Origin: Octopus vulgaris | Taxonomy: Eukaryota | DNA length: 64,000 nt | Assembly (NCBI GenBank): GCA_951406725.2 | Contig: OX597816.1 | Coordinates: 31,992,001-32,056,000 of the forward strand | Direction: 5' to 3' | Part shown: positions 13,103-27,630 of the stretch, in pieces | How the letters are laid out: each line of letters starts with the position of its first letter | How positions within the stretch are numbered: position 1 is the stretch's first letter | The notes under the pieces: generated by a model | Seen by the model: the letters and a program-made list of their open reading frames with translations, nothing else | Told to the model about the DNA's origin: nothing | Databases searched by the model: none | Program-made: the position numbers and the translations under genes

Positions 13103-15849
13103 CACTTATCTGTGTTTCTTCGGTTAGTACGTCATTTCAGCCTCAAAATATTTGTTCTGTAAAGTATAAAGACATGGTAATTCACTGGAGGTAACATGAA
13201 GTAACTGAGGATGTTATGTCTTCCATTGCTAAGGTTTAATTTGAAGCTTATTGAGTGCACTGTTAATTGTATATACATGTTTCATTGGTAAGGGAACTAG
13301 TAAAGTTAAATACACTATCTTACCCAATAACACACAATACTTCTCCGACCAGAAATAGAAAACACAACTTAACCAACGAGTAACTATTAGCCTAACCATC
13401 AGTTATCACCCCTTTGCAATATACAATTGTGTGCTTTACGTTAACCACTATTTGGGAAATACGCCTTATGTTTTCCTACATGTAATGTTACAGATAGTTG
13501 AGAAGTTAAATTTCAAGCATTGTCTATGTCGAAAGCCTACAATTTTAATGTTAACCTTCAACTCATGTCTTCTATCTACATCTATACACCTCAAAATGTC
13601 TCTGTGTGTGTGTATGTGTATGTTATTTATGCGTTTCAGCCTTTTTCATCCGATTTTGATGACTTTTGTTTATCAAATGGCACATTTACTCAGGCTGGCC
13701 ATTGCTGCATTACCGATGCCTAGCAGAAAAATCGATAAACTGAATGGACTCACACTTTTTGCCAGAAAACGACAAAAATTTGCATGCCTGAAATTTTCTA
13801 ACAGGAAAATCCGATTTTTAGAATTTTGGTGTCAAAAGGACAGCCATAACATGAACTTTCAGACAGATATTTTGGCACTGCCTTGGGTCCCCTCATTCCC
13901 AAGAAAATTGCACAAAAATTAGAAAAAAATCGATTTTTCGTATTTTTTGCTATGTTACACGTAGTCCGCTTTCCTTGGTTTTTACGTCTAGAAAGCCACA
14001 ATGTAATAACCGTTCTATCAATTATCTGTTATATGTCCAAAGGCATGTCTATGCGACAAGAAAAACCGCGATAAACTGTGAAAGATTCGATTTTATACAC
14101 TTTTCCCCACTTTAAATTTTCAAAATCTCCTCACTGCTTTGGTGGATTGCGTTCACACTTTACATACTATTTAAGGATAACGTTAGGGTATTCCGTTTAA
14201 AAAACCGATTTTTGCCCTTAAATCTCTTATTTTTGACCAAATTCGTCCAAATCTCACGTGAAAGCTACAGATGAATCAACAATAGTTTAAAATTATTTAT
14301 GGCTTATATACTATATTCAACTTACAACAGATCTACGAAATATTGAGAAATATCACCTTTTCGCCTTTTTACAGAGTTACACCCAAGAACGCTGTTTCAA
14401 TGAACGCCCGATTTTTGTTTTTTGTTGGAAAAGGACCGCTATATTGCGTCATTTCTGGAAAGTATTTGACATTGTCCCTGTGCATCTGGATTCTACAGTA
14501 AAATGTAAAACATAGACACTCCTCCAACACCTTCACCTTTATGCAGAGGGCTAGGTCTTGATCAACTTTCCACTCTAACTTACTTCTTTGCTTGTAAAAA
14601 TGACACATGGCACTTAGTTCGAGCCGTTGACACCGATCCCCCCATAATTAGACAATGTCCTTTCAATACCAATCTAAGAGGATCAAAAGCCTGTGATGGC
14701 AAGACATTGAGCGATTTGTAAACATTTTCCTCCACCATCATTAGCCGAACTTCGAGCACCTCCTCCGGCGTTTGGTTGTTCAACTTAATAAATGCCACTT
14801 GGGAAAATCTCTTCTTCATTAAAGTCAATGTTTGTACCTTAACGCAAATATCTTCAAATAGATGTACAACGATGAAAGTTTTAGAACCAATTTAGACCAT
14901 TGCCGAGTATTTAATATCCGAGGAAAGCCTGGTACTCCTGTTTAATATATAACATGGCGTAAATGTAGAATTACGCACAGTTTGCTCACTGACGCAGCGG
15001 TAATCATGCATTGTGGGATCTAGATGATTAAGCAGTTAACATATTCTGTTGTTGTACGTTGTTAAGTAATTAGGTGAAAAGCCGAAAAAATAATGGGAAA
15101 ATACAGGAATAAACTTATGTTTATACGATGATTTCGTTAAATTCTCAGATATACAAATGGTGATGATGGAAATTATCTTTATGATGCCGCAGATAATCAT
15201 TTTATTGTTATTATTGCTTCCATGTTTAACTCAGAAAAAGCCATCTGCTGTGTTAAGAAAAGTAGTAAATCCTGACCATATCCAATTTTTAAAAGCGCAT
15301 ATAAGGTTAATTAGTTGGATAATATACGTTTCCATATTCAAGACAAACGTTTGATATTTGAGAACGAGGAACGTCTTCATAGAAATTTTTCACGAATTGG
15401 ATTTTTGGATGTTTCTGTTTTGTTTGATAGCTGACAGAATTTCCGATGTAGGAAATAATGTTTCATTTGCATTTTTCACTATTAATTCATGTTATGAATA
15501 TACAATTGATAAGACATTCAATAATGGATTTCTAGTCACGTATGTTATTCTGTACGTATTTTACACATCATACATCACTGTTGGTATATAGGTGACGTTT
15601 TAATCATTCGTTCATTACTTCCAAAACTTGGTACTCAAGTATATAACTGAGGAGATTATACATGTAATAAATGCAGGAAAAAGAATATATCCGACAATAT
15701 TTTTTTTTCAATGCGATCTATTTTCCAGATTGGTTGTTGAAAACCTGTGCAGAAGAGGAGAAACTTTGACTAGAAATAAATGTCATCAACACAAAATTTA
15801 AAACAAAACATTTTCACATAAAGAATAGGAAATAATGATGCACTGCATT

Positions 15850-18800
15850 TTCCTCACACTTTAAGAGGTCGTGCAGATCACCACCTGCAGTTCATGAATT
15901 ACTCTAAAGAATCTATATTGATGGGAGTCGCTAGAAATACTAAAAGTGCGAAGCAATATAGATACATAGACACAAGTACCAAGCGAGCGAAATATAAATA
16001 TAAACAGCAAGAGAGGAGTGCTATAACAACAGCAAAAATAAAATACAACAACACTTCACCTCCGAAAACCAAACAACGAAGATCGATCTATGGGTAAACC
16101 ATAACACCAAATAATACAAACATGAACAACCTATCATATAACCAAGTGGCAAACCAAAGAGGCACCTCTTTTTTACTAACTTATCTAGAATATATGAAGG
16201 CCGACCTAAGCTATGAGATCCGACGTGCTATCAGTAGCCATATATTCAAGACACAAGGAACACCCACTAACCATCAACTAGAACATCACACGCACACACT
16301 GCTCCATACTAAATCTCCCACTCACTGCTAGCTCTAAACAGCATAACACGATATTAGGCATTTAGAACAATACAGACATCAAATTACATTTGTCTGGACA
16401 TTCGTACTAAAAGTGGCATCGACCCATCACTCACTGCCCCAAAATGGAATATCCCATACATATATAGTTGGCTTGCCGAAACGGCACGCAACATCCCTTT
16501 CGTTATCCTTACTGAAAATCACCTAAACAGCATTCACATTGATGCCGAGCTGAAAATAAAAGATTTCATTATCATCCGTGCAGATCGCACAGACCGAAAT
16601 AAAGGAGGAACAGACCTGTTTCTTCGTGACTCCTTTTTACTTGATGCCAAGGATATATTTTCCATTGGCTAGTGCGAATCCATATCAATATTCAATAATA
16701 TCAATATACAATAAGGCGGCGAGCTGGCGGAAACGTTAGCACGCCGGGGGAAATGCGTTGCCGTATTTCGTCTGCCGTTATGTTATGAGTTCAAATTCCA
16801 CCGAGGTCGACTTTGCCTTTCATCCTTCCGGGGTCGATAAATTAAGTACCAATTACGCACTGGGGTCGATGTAATCGACTTAATCCCTTTGTATGTCCTT
16901 GTTTGTCTCCTCTGTGTTTAGCCCATTGTGGGTAGTAAAGAAATACATATTCAACAAGGTCAACGACATTATCATTGTTGATCTTTACAGTCCTCTAAAT
17001 GCTTCATTAAATTCAAGTTCGTCCTTCAAAAATATTATACCGGAAACACACTGGTGATGGATGAATTAAACCTTTCTTATATTAACTTACCCGCGAATAC
17101 TCTGAAGTTAGGCAACTGCAACTTACTCTTTAATGGATTATTTTTCCTGACACACCTAGTGCTCCATCCATGAAGATAAACTATAACAACCATGGATATA
17201 ATATTAACATATCACTCTATCTCTATTCACAGTATCAAAGACCTGCAGATGAACAGCTGTTGATAAAAAGTATAAAACAGAACTCATATGCAAATTAGCA
17301 TAAGACCAATGTCTAGCCAGTTGGTCCATTGATCGATGATAACGGCATCCTGCAGCACGATGCTAAAGAAATGGCAGAATTATTGCAGAAACAATATTGC
17401 TCTGTCCTTAGTAATCCCACTGATATTGACGTAAGGGAAGCGAACGAAGTCGATACCCAACATATAATCTCGGACATACCCGTTACCGCTTCAGAAATCA
17501 CAGTAGCAATAAATGAGTACCAATACTGCTGCAGGCCCTGTAAGATTCCCCGCTAATCGCATGAAGGAATGTAGACGCTAACTTGCAGTCCCTCTAACTA
17601 ACCTCTGGAGAAATTCTTTGAACTCAAATTAAATACCGAAACAGCTCTTATCCCGTTTTTGAAACAGAAAAACAGATCGTTCGCAGTTAGCTATCATTTA
17701 GCCTCAATCACTTCCCATATCATTAAAGTGTTTGAAAGGGTACTTGACATCTTGGAGAACAACATACTCCGACATTTAAACCGGCATGGCTTTCGCTCCG
17801 TCCGGGACTGTCTACAAAAACTCTTACACCACATTGATGATGTCCTTAGGCATTCAGATCAGGTTCGAACTCTAATGTCATGTATCTTGACTTCATTAAA
17901 GCGTTCGATAGAGTGGACCATAGTATCCTACTGTAAAAATTATGAAAGGTTGGAGTCAGTGAAAAAATATACACTGGATTGTGTATTTCCTGGAGAACTG
18001 AACACTTGTTCTGATCAGTAGAATCAACTCAAGCCCAACAAATTTCACAAGTGGTGTCCCTCAGGGGACTATCTTGGGTCCACTCCTCTTTATAGTCTAT
18101 ATAAACGACCTATCCAGCAACATAAAACAAAGCAAATTAAAAAATAATCGCCTATGATTCTGAGCTTCAGAAAATTATCAATGAAGAAGACTGAACTGAA
18201 ATCATGTCTGATCTACATGCTGTGATTCAATGGACAGACAAAAACAAACAGGAACTAAACCATGGACAATTTGAGCTGAAGCATTTTGGAAGAAACACTA
18301 TTCTCAGACAGTTATAATCTCTTCCTTCGGCGGAACCAGTCACAACATCTGGTAATATCAGAGACCTAGGAATAATTGTTGATAATCTCAGCTGGAGTAC
18401 CCACACCAACAATAAGGTCGATATAGCTCACAGTATGAGCTCCTGGATCCTAAGTACCTTCCCGTCAGAGAGCAAGGTGTCATCATTTCTTTTTCTCCTC
18501 GTTTGTACTGCCACACCTCGAATATTGCTGGCCCCTGTGGTCTCCCCCATACAAAACAAAATATCTCGAAAGGCATGACTGATATCGATTATTGGCACCG
18601 CCTCAAAGAATTGAAATTCTATTATATCCAGCGCCGCAGCGAGCGATACATCCTTTGCACGATGTGTATAATATACCACGACCATTGCCCAAACGACCTC
18701 AACATTAGCTTCTATATTCATCCAATGGTAGGTCTACGGGTCATAATCTCCTACCAAATTCATGATCACAACACATAAATACACTGCCCTATTTAACATT

Positions 18801-19039
18801 GTCTCGAAATAGGTCAAAGAGGAAAAGGATCCTATTACCTCTAATGGATCTGAAAAAAATGTCTTCAAGGAATACCAGATCAGCCACCTATAGCTCGATG
18901 GAATTCACTCAACAATATCGTCCTACTTGAATGGAGCATAATACCATCAAACTTGATTTTAAAAGAATTTAGCTAATCCTATCAGGTGGTGCGATTACGT
19001 TAGACATGGACTGGGCAACTCTTTGGTCGAATCATATCT

Positions 19040-19045
<6 letters not shown>
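15850..19045 (+). mobile_element. Degenerate CR1-clade LINE (APE endonuclease + RT), interrupted by a SINE
   Basis: APE-like ILTENHLN...IIRADRTDRNKGG at about 16500-16610. RT motifs ASITSHIIKVFERV, RHGFRS and SGVPQGTILGPLLFIVYINDL at about 17700-18110. Many stops and frameshifts. The 5' boundary is approximate. Confidence 0.85.
16713..16945 (+). mobile_element. tRNA-derived SINE with Nin-like domain
   Basis: Head aaggcggcgagctggcggaaacgttagc and core gaggtcgactttgcctttcatccttccggggtcgataaattaagtacc. Several copies in the window. Confidence 0.88.
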
Positions 19046-19084
<39 letters not shown>

Positions 19085-19086
<2 letters not shown>

Positions 19087-19207
19087 TCTTATTCCTTTCA
19101 GTTGAAGTGTGTAGGATCGAAGCATAAAATACTGTATTCTAACTAATACATATTCTTGTTGTTCGTACAACTCTTTGTCTGTTTTTTTTCTGTAAACATC
19201 AACTATA
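19085..19207 (+). mobile_element. Degenerate short repeat, same family as 56035-56250 (Penelope-like)
   Basis: ttgaagtgtgtaggatcgaagcataaaa resembles the reverse complement of 56130-56160. Lies between (TA)n and (TG)n. Confidence 0.4.
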
Positions 19208-19214
19208 TATGTGA

Positions 19215-19274
<60 letters not shown>

Positions 19275-20045
19275 TCGTGTGTACAAACTCACATGTGTGT
19301 GTTCATGTGTGTGTAGGTAAGCAAACTTATTCCATGAAAACCAAATTGCAGCCGATTACATTCCTGTTCCAAAACATTTATCTTGGTCTCCTCGAGATGA
19401 TTTTTATCTACATCAGTTTCTTCCTGGGATTTCCTGCATTCCTTAGACTACAGGAATCCAATTATTACTTATCTTTCATTCTTCCTGTTGTCATCCGACT
19501 GACAAAATACAAATTATTTTTTTCTGAATGGTATACACACAATGTACTCCTCAACTTACATTTCTTATATAACTTCGTCAATGAACTAAAGATAATAAGA
19601 AAAAGAAACAAACAAAAATGAAAAAAATTAATTAAATCCCCACTTCCGAAGATCTATTGTTTTGATGTGGTTATGACAACGTTTACGCAATGGTCACTGC
19701 ACCGCACGTTACTAAACGTCTAACGCTGAAACGCAGGTAAACATGATATTTGTGATGTTATATTGAAAAAAAAATTAAGTCACCTGATTTTTTCTTCACT
19801 CAGATATATATGTGTGTGAATGTGCGTGTGTGCGTGCCGCGCTCCTGTTTTATTTCCTTTCATTTCTACGGAGTATTTGATGTTAGCACTCACATGAAAT
19901 ATTTGTCGTTATATTTCTCTAGAAATATATGCTATTCATTTCACTAACTACGTTTAGTAATTTCAAACATAGTTCCTTTATTGTATATTTTGTTTTCCAG
20001 TTTCAGCTCTTGAGCTGTGGCCATGCTGTGGCCATGCCATATACT

Positions 20046-20277
20046 TATTTCTTTATTACCTACAAGGGGCTAAACACAGAGGGGACAAACAAGGACAAGC
20101 ATAGGTATTAAGTCGATTACATCGACCCCAGTGCGTAACTGGTACTTAATTTATCGACCCCGAAAGGATGAAAGGCAAAGTCGACCTCGGCGGAATTTGA
20201 ACTCACAACGTAACGCAGACGAAATACCGCTAAGCATTTCGCCCGGCGTGCTAACGTTTCTGCCAGCTCACCGCCTT
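20046..20277 (-). mobile_element. tRNA-derived SINE with Nin-like domain
   Basis: Reverse complement is closely similar to 16713-16945 over its full length. Confidence 0.88.
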
Positions 20278-20674
20278 TATTGTATATACTTCATGCTATT
20301 ATTATTAGCAAGTGCAAGGTGGTGGGCTGGCAGAGTTGTTAGCTCGCCAACAAACTGTTTACCGGAATTTCTTCAGTTTTAATCTCATGTTAAGGCATTT
20401 TGCAAAAATTTTAAGCGATTATTATTAACATCTATTTGGCATCTTCAATATAGATGTATTCATATACAATCTTCACTCATTGGACTGACACGTGATTCCT
20501 GTACTCTCTTTCTTTCCTCTTCCCCGTTCCCTCTCCGCTTCTCAGAATCTAAACTGTAGTTTAGAGCAGAATATTTTCTGTTGCCCGTTTTCATGACAAA
20601 ACATATTTATGATAATACTTCAAAATCTGCTGAGACCCAGTCCTGCTTTTGTTTTTGTTTGTTTGTTTATCTTT

Positions 20675-21000
20675 GTCTTCTTCTTCTACTTCTCCTCCTT
20701 CCTCTTCTTCATTCTCCTTGTTCTCATCCTGCCTCCTCTCCCTCCTGTTTCCTCTATTAACTCTTCTTGTTTTTTTCTCTTCTGCTGCTTTTCACTTCCC
20801 TTCTTCTTCTTCTTCTTCTTCTTCTTCTTCTTCTTCTTCTTCTTCTTCTTCTTCTTCTTCTTCTTCTTCCCCTTCTTCTTCTTTCTTCTTCTTCTTCTTC
20901 TTCTTCTTCTTTTTCTTCTTCCTCCTCCTACTTCTTTTTCTCCACCTCCTGCTACTTCTTGGGCTTCTTCTTCATCCTCTCTTTTTCCTTCTTTTTTCCT
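20675..21000. repeat. (TTC)n microsatellite and pyrimidine-rich tract
   Basis: Seen directly; near-pure core at about 20800-20915. Confidence 0.95.
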
Positions 21001-21029
21001 TGCTATAGGACATTTGCAATCTATAGAAG

Positions 21030-22215
21030 CTTGAAGATTCGTCAGGGAAAGACTTGTAAGAAGAGGACAGATCAGGGTGATCCATCAGATCGTAAATGAC
21101 GTGGCAAATCATCCCCGGGCTCAAACCACAGCTGATTCATTAATACTACATCAAAGACCTCTGCTCTACCCGACAGAAAATTGTAGGTTAGGAAACTGGT
21201 GCGCCGGAGCGTAATCTCAGGAAACCGAGGGTCCTGTAGCATGCTACTACTGAGAAAGGAAGATATAAGGAGCTTGAGAAAAAGGCTTGTCAAGCTATTT
21301 ATAAAATGACAGGATCTACACGGGAGAAATTGGGAAAGTTAAGAGGATCAATGTACGGTACAGGAAAGGAATTGTATAGAGTGAATGATTGTAGCCGTTT
21401 AGCGAAAGGAAAGCGTGTACTAAGCAGGAAGATCAGGAAAATGAAACAGTTGGGGAAGGAAAAGTACAGCCTGAGAAAGCGATGGTATTGTGCTACGGAA
21501 GACGAAAAACCTGGCCTAGTACTGCTGTACGAAGCATTAAAAAGGAAAGGTGGTTATGTGCTACGACATATCCGCCGATAAGAGTAAAGAAAACAAAGTA
21601 AAAGGACTCGGAAACAGTTTTTGCGGGTCTCATAGGGGGTTAATAAGAAGCCATTCACTGAACTGAAGATCAACACATTTCTTGCGCAAAAGAAGACAGC
21701 TGTGAGGCGAAGAGACTCTAACAGAGAACTTTTTTAAGGCAGAGACGATAAAACAGTTTAGGCCAATATCTTCATTGAATGTGGAGAGCAAGATCATTAT
21801 GGGAATTCTCTCAAGGAGAACAGTGGTATATTTACAGAGTAATGGATATGTTGTTGAATCTGTTTCAAAGGCCGGAATCCCTGGAATCTCCGGATTTGTT
21901 GAGCAATTATTTTCAATTTGGGAATCTATCCAGGATGCCCAACAGAGAAAGACACTCTGAAGGTGGTATACTTTGTCCTAGCTAATGCATATGGCTCCGT
22001 GCCACACGAATTACTGATGAGGGCCGTAGACCACTTACACATTCCGGAGAAAATATCAAATTTAATGAAGATATATCATGACAGTTTCGAGATGAGTTTC
22101 ACAACTAGAGATTTTAAAACTGATTGGTGCCGACTGGAGATTGGCACTTCTGCTGGCTACAAAATTCTGTCACATGGTTTATCTTGCTCATGGAGTTGGT
22201 TTTGGCCTCTGTTCT
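21030..22215 (+). mobile_element. Degenerate HERO/R2-group non-LTR retrotransposon RT fragment
   Basis: FRPISSLNVESKI, KAGIPGISGFVE, LANAYGSVPHELL and TDWCRLEIG resemble HERO-clade RT motifs. Frameshifted. Confidence 0.78.
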
Positions 22216-22309
22216 TGTAACCGTTATTTTTATTATTATTATTATTATTATGATTATGCTGATCATCATCATCACCAACATCATAATTATTATTATTTTC
22301 TCTTTATCA

Positions 22310-23160
22310 TGGGATTTGCTGGAGTACCTGCAGCCTTGCATGCGTAGAAGGCTTACTACTTGCAGTCTACGGTTCCATGCTATTCGTTCTTTGCAACACT
22401 CGAATGATTTCCTCATTATACTGGGCCTGCAAAGGAGGAAAAACTTTTGTAACAGTTCTACTAACCACTCTATTCCAATTCCTTTTATATTCCTATTACC
22501 GCCTTCTGATCCTGTTCTCAAGAACCATAAAATAATGTTCACTATTTTCACATTCTTCATTTCCCATAATCTGGCTATTTCGTATTTACGAGAAATGAAT
22601 CCGTCTATCTTTTCGCCTTCCTCCTTAGCCATTCGTGGGTCAAAAAGGCATGCAACATAAGCTATATAAAATATGCGGTGCACGTTGTCCAACACTACTA
22701 GGTCTGTTATGCTCTAGTACCTGATCTAGTTCGGAGTGGGAAATCTCTGAGGTTTTCTTTGTATGCAACTACGCCACTATCTGTCATTTGTGCTCATACC
22801 ACGTCGTGCCTCCCTCTAGCCCCCAGTTTTCGCAGAGTTTCCAATGTAGCACTTTCACTACCTGGTCTTGTCGCCACAACTTGTAGTGTTTTGGTCTAGT
22901 CCAGAGCTTTCGTTTGTGTTAGGAGCAATGGTTTAACTCGGTTTATTGCAGATGCAGCACAGCGAATGCACTTGCTCATTCCTAAGGTTGACCCTCCAGT
23001 CCGTGGCCAAAGCTTGGTTTTGCGCTGCCAATATAGTTCTCATAGTCTCTTTGTTTATTGTTCCTTTCATCAGACAACCGACTTACCCACCCTATATAAT
23101 TGTTGGCCTCGTTCTAAAACTTAAAGCCATCAAGAGTGTTAATTTTAAATCTTTTACATA
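22310..23160 (-). mobile_element. Degenerate R4/Dong LINE 3' fragment
   Basis: Minus strand KETMRTILAAQNQALAT and DLVVLDN...VACLFD...EKI...KYEIARLW (REL endonuclease). The 3' end abuts (TTA)n at about 22225-22298. Confidence 0.8.
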
Positions 23161-23429
23161 ATATGCAAGCTTGCAGTAGATGTTACAGTTTTGAGAAGAA
23201 TGGGAGCTGATATCCGATACCTCATTGTTACACATTGACCGTTACTAAGAGAAATACAATATTTCTTCACATTTCTAATATTAAATCAACGCATATTGAG
23301 ATATTCCTTACTCCGTGTAGAAAAAACGCAATATAAAATGATAACTTTTATTCAGAGGTAAATTTTTCCTTCTGCCTAGATCTCAAAACCCTCTATAAAA
23401 TTTTACAATCACCAACATCTGTTAGTGTC

Positions 23430-23760
23430 GGGTTTAGAATTACACTAATTATTGGAAATGGTTAAACTTTTGGAGCTTTCTAGCAAATGATCCAGTCCTA
23501 ACCGTTTATATACGCCACATCCAATCCTTCGTATCATTCTACTTATTTAATGAGCTCCAAGTTGATTAGCCATTAAAAACAAATCGTTTTCTCAGGGAAC
23601 CGCTACTTTGGTGCTTTTCATACAATGTGTCGTGGTTCGTTGTAATCCTGTTTTTTTCTGTGGAGTTCTTGATATTGCTTCAATATCTTCTCTGTACATC
23701 CCATCAATTTTTGTATACATCATTCCCTTTAAATTCAAAATAAATCCGTTTCGTTGTCGT
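23430..23760 (-). pseudogene. Possible highly decayed Tc1-like transposase fragment
   Basis: Minus strand KIDGM and QDYNEPRH...KSTK resemble Tc1 IDGxM and QDNDPKHxSKST. Weak. Confidence 0.3.
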
Positions 23761-24116
23761 AGCATTTGAATATAGTCACATCATTCTTTGCACAGAATTG
23801 TTTACAGATCTTTCTTCATCATCCACAAAAACAGAAAATTGAAGTAGTTTTTTTGCCTTATATTAAAAACAAAAACAAGAAAAATCAGCAAGAATATGGC
23901 CCGCCTTTAATTAAAGTACTCTATACATTCTTAGGTTGTCTGTTTTGTTTTGCTGCTTCTCGCTTCCGTTTTATTTTTTGCCCAATTCAATTTTCCATCA
24001 TTATACCGCACGACTGCAATAACCACTCACAACATTTATTAAACAGCTAGAAGTTTGGTGTCAAATATTGTTTAAATTTATCAATTAGTTTGTTTTCACT
24101 TTCCTCTTCACTATAT

Positions 24117-24176
24117 TGACATCATTCCAGTATATGACATCATTCCAGTATATGACATCATTCCAGTATATGACAT
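24117..24176. repeat. 18-bp minisatellite (tgacatcattccagtata) x3.3
   Basis: Three exact copies plus a partial copy. Confidence 0.95.
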
Positions 24177-25050
24177 ATTCAGTGAGAGCAGGTCATAACT
24201 CGCTTCTTCTCACTTGCTTATTGCTGTAAATGCGACCGCTTCCCCCCACCTAGTTATAGAATAGGCTGCATTTTTTAATAAGTCAATCTTCTTTCTAGTG
24301 TCGCTGGGGCTCACCATTACATTAATGAGTTAATAGGTTTCATTTTTCCTTTTCGGAAATATCAAGTCATCCATAATGAGAGCATAAGAGAATATTTTTA
24401 AAAAGACGCATCGTTTTGTTTATTATAATCCATTCTTATTTAAGGAGTCGTTGCAGTGTTTGTTTATTAACGTGAATGATGTCGAAAATGTAAGCTTCCT
24501 TTCCTATTTGCATTTTTTGTGCTGTCATTGCGAAAGTTTTCCTAGCTTACATGTGACAGAAATAGTCACATATAGGTACGTTTCTACTGAATTACACGTG
24601 ATCATCATCATTCCCTCACAGAATGGCTATTGCCATACATTTAAGCGTTGCTAGGGTATATAACTCTTTGTAAACCATACTTTTTCTTTGTGTCCGTCAA
24701 ACTTCTTCACTTGATCTGTATTATTTCTACAAGTATGATGATATGTATGACTGTAAATTAAAAGACATCGGTGTGCTAGAATGAGATCCAAATGTGAATT
24801 CAGGCTTCCAAGCGTTTATATCTAAAATCTTTCTGCTGCCAACTGCCCTTTCATTCTACGGATTCAGTCAAGAAAGCATGTGTTTTGCACCGTTCAGCAG
24901 TGAAACTTTGAAAATGCCTGAAAGGTAATCTTGCACTCTCTCTAGAATTTCAATATTTTCTGCTTTATAAATTCTCTCTTTTATCGTTCGGGGTAAAGGG
25001 GCTCTGTATGACGATTGTTGTCGATTCAACAACATCATGTCTAAACGGTA

Positions 25051-25360
25051 TGACGTTGCATGGCTTAGTGGTTAGGGTAATCGTCTTCTGAACATGGTGT
25101 CTTGATTTCGATTCCCTTTAGGACATTGTGTCCTTGAGAGAGACACTTTTTCCTGTCCTTCCGGTCGACAAACCACGAAAAATGAATTGCATGTGTAATT
25201 CAAAGGGCCCATCATGTCAAATTATGTGTCACGTTCAATCTCCACGAGAACTACGTTAAGGGAACGCCTGTCTGTGGAGTGCTCAGACACTTGTACGTTA
25301 ATTTCACGAGTCGTGATCCTTTGAAATCTATCCCTCGTCGTCGTAACCGATGGAATGCCA
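25051..25360 (+). mobile_element. tRNA-derived SINE with Meta-like central domain
   Basis: A box tggcttagtggttagg, B box gatttcgattcc, then ttgtgtccttgagagagacacttt. Body shared with 4750-5058. Confidence 0.8.
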
Positions 25361-26244
25361 AGTTTTTCTCATTCCAAAAAGAAAAAAAAATACTACTTTT
25401 ATCATTGCAGTATGAATCAGTTCATAACTTTTAGCGGAACGAAAAAATAATATTATTGAAAAAAACCCATAAAAAACATTGATTTCGAATTAAAAAACAT
25501 TACATAAAGTCAAATACTAAAAAATTGGTACACAGTCGAGGATTTTATAATTTCATCCGTGCCATGTATAATATTCCGTGATTTTTGAGGTATTTAGATA
25601 GAATGAACTAGAAAATGAATAATTCTTTGAGCAACATATAAAGTCAATAGAAGAAAACGATATGGATAAAACTTAATCTTCCTTTCATATCACGAAAGAG
25701 ACCCTGATATTTGGAATTTCAATCGGATATCTGTGACTTAATATTTTAAGTAAATTTTTGGTCATTGAAAAAGAAGAAAATTAAGTAAGGAATTTTATAT
25801 TTCTTCGCAGTCGATATTGATTTGTATTTAAAAGATTGTTGACTGTGTATCATAGCATTCATTCGTTGTGATCCGTCTCTTTTTAAACTTAACAGCTAAA
25901 CAAAGACCATTATCCATTGTAGTTACTTTATTTACTCAACTGCAACGATTTAGAGTAAATTCGATAATCACACACACATTATCAGTTAAATCAATCAGAC
26001 AAAGCAACACTCTGCTAAATGTAAATTATTCAAATTCAAAGAAGAAGAAAAGAATCTTAAATATTTATCTACTAAACACGCAAAGGAAGAAATTATCAAA
26101 GCATAAGATAACATAAATAATGCACAATAAAAAAATATGCCTACGTTCTGTATCTTCTACATCTGAAAGAAAAATGTAACTCTCTACTTGCATATATAAC
26201 GATTTTGAAGTCTTCAAATAAAAATGTTAAAATATTGGGGGGTC

Positions 26245-26765
<521 letters not shown>

Positions 26766-26804
26766 TATATATATATATATTCAAGAGAAATTACATATAT
26801 ATAT

Positions 26805-27011
26805 ACCGGAATAAACACATAAATGTGAAACAAGGTGGAAAAAGAGTACTCAAATACCAGTGTTAGAGTAATATGCTTTATTTAAAGCAGCAGAAAATTC
26901 AACAAAACCTGTTACTCTGAGTTTCCTATTGCCGTTCATCGGACAGTTTTTGCTAGCAACGGGAAACTCAGAGTAACAGGTTTTGTTGAATTTTCTGCTG
27001 CTTTATATAAA

Positions 27012-27012
<1 letters not shown>
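26805..27012 (-). mobile_element. Short Penelope-like element with inverted partial duplication and variant hammerhead
   Basis: Inverted arms of about 51 bp at 26876-26926 and 26962-27012. Minus strand 26909-26946 reads ctgt-CCGATGA-acggcaatag-GAAA-ctcagag-TA-acag. Confidence 0.62.
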
Positions 27013-27053
<41 letters not shown>

Positions 27054-27056
<3 letters not shown>

Positions 27057-27352
27057 GTGATCACCGTGACCGACCAGGCTATCAGATGTTGTTACACATC
27101 GCTAGTCACAATGTGGTTCGAATTGTTTTAGCCTTAAAATGACGCCACCCCACTGGCTAAGCGAGCAGGCCAACAGAAGAAAGTTGCGGCAAAAGAGTAG
27201 AGCAGGTATCGCCACCACTGCCCTGCCGGAGTCTCGTGGAGCATTTAGGTGATTTCGCTCAATAAACACTCACAACGCCTAGTCAAGGAATCGAAATCGT
27301 GATCCTATGACAGCGAGTCCGCTGCCCTAACAACAGGGCCATTGCGCCTCCA
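27054..27352 (-). mobile_element. tRNA-derived SINE (tggaggcgcaatggcc family)
   Basis: Reverse complement matches 30727-31019. A and B boxes are present, with (TG)n at the 5' side and (TA)n at the 3' side. Confidence 0.88.
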
Positions 27353-27357
27353 CACAC

Positions 27358-27431
<74 letters not shown>

Positions 27432-27436
<5 letters not shown>

Positions 27437-27630
27437 ATCCAAACATGAAAACACAAAGAGAAAACACAAAAACGCGAGGACGTGGAACAAGTATAGTATT
27501 ATTGGACGCTCAGGAAAGAAGGAAAGAAGGAGGGCAGAGCTCTTCGTCAGAAACATAGGAAAGGGAAAGATCCATAGAAGGGGAGACGGAGGAAAAAATC
27601 GCCAACGGGAGAACGTGGTCACATTTTGAA
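27432..27630 (-). mobile_element. Short TA-flanked repeat fragment (Penelope-like), truncated hammerhead core
   Basis: Island between TA tracts. Minus strand gtttCTGACGAagagctc has no following GAAA. Confidence 0.4.

Noticed and set aside
20609-21099. Overlapping poly-F/S/L ORFs, and similar YIYI, CVCV and poly-I ORFs throughout the window
   Set aside because: They are stop-free frames of simple repeats, not genes.
24117-24176. Short direct repeats considered as CRISPR-like
   Set aside because: There are no spacers, the context is eukaryotic and there are no cas genes. It is a simple minisatellite.
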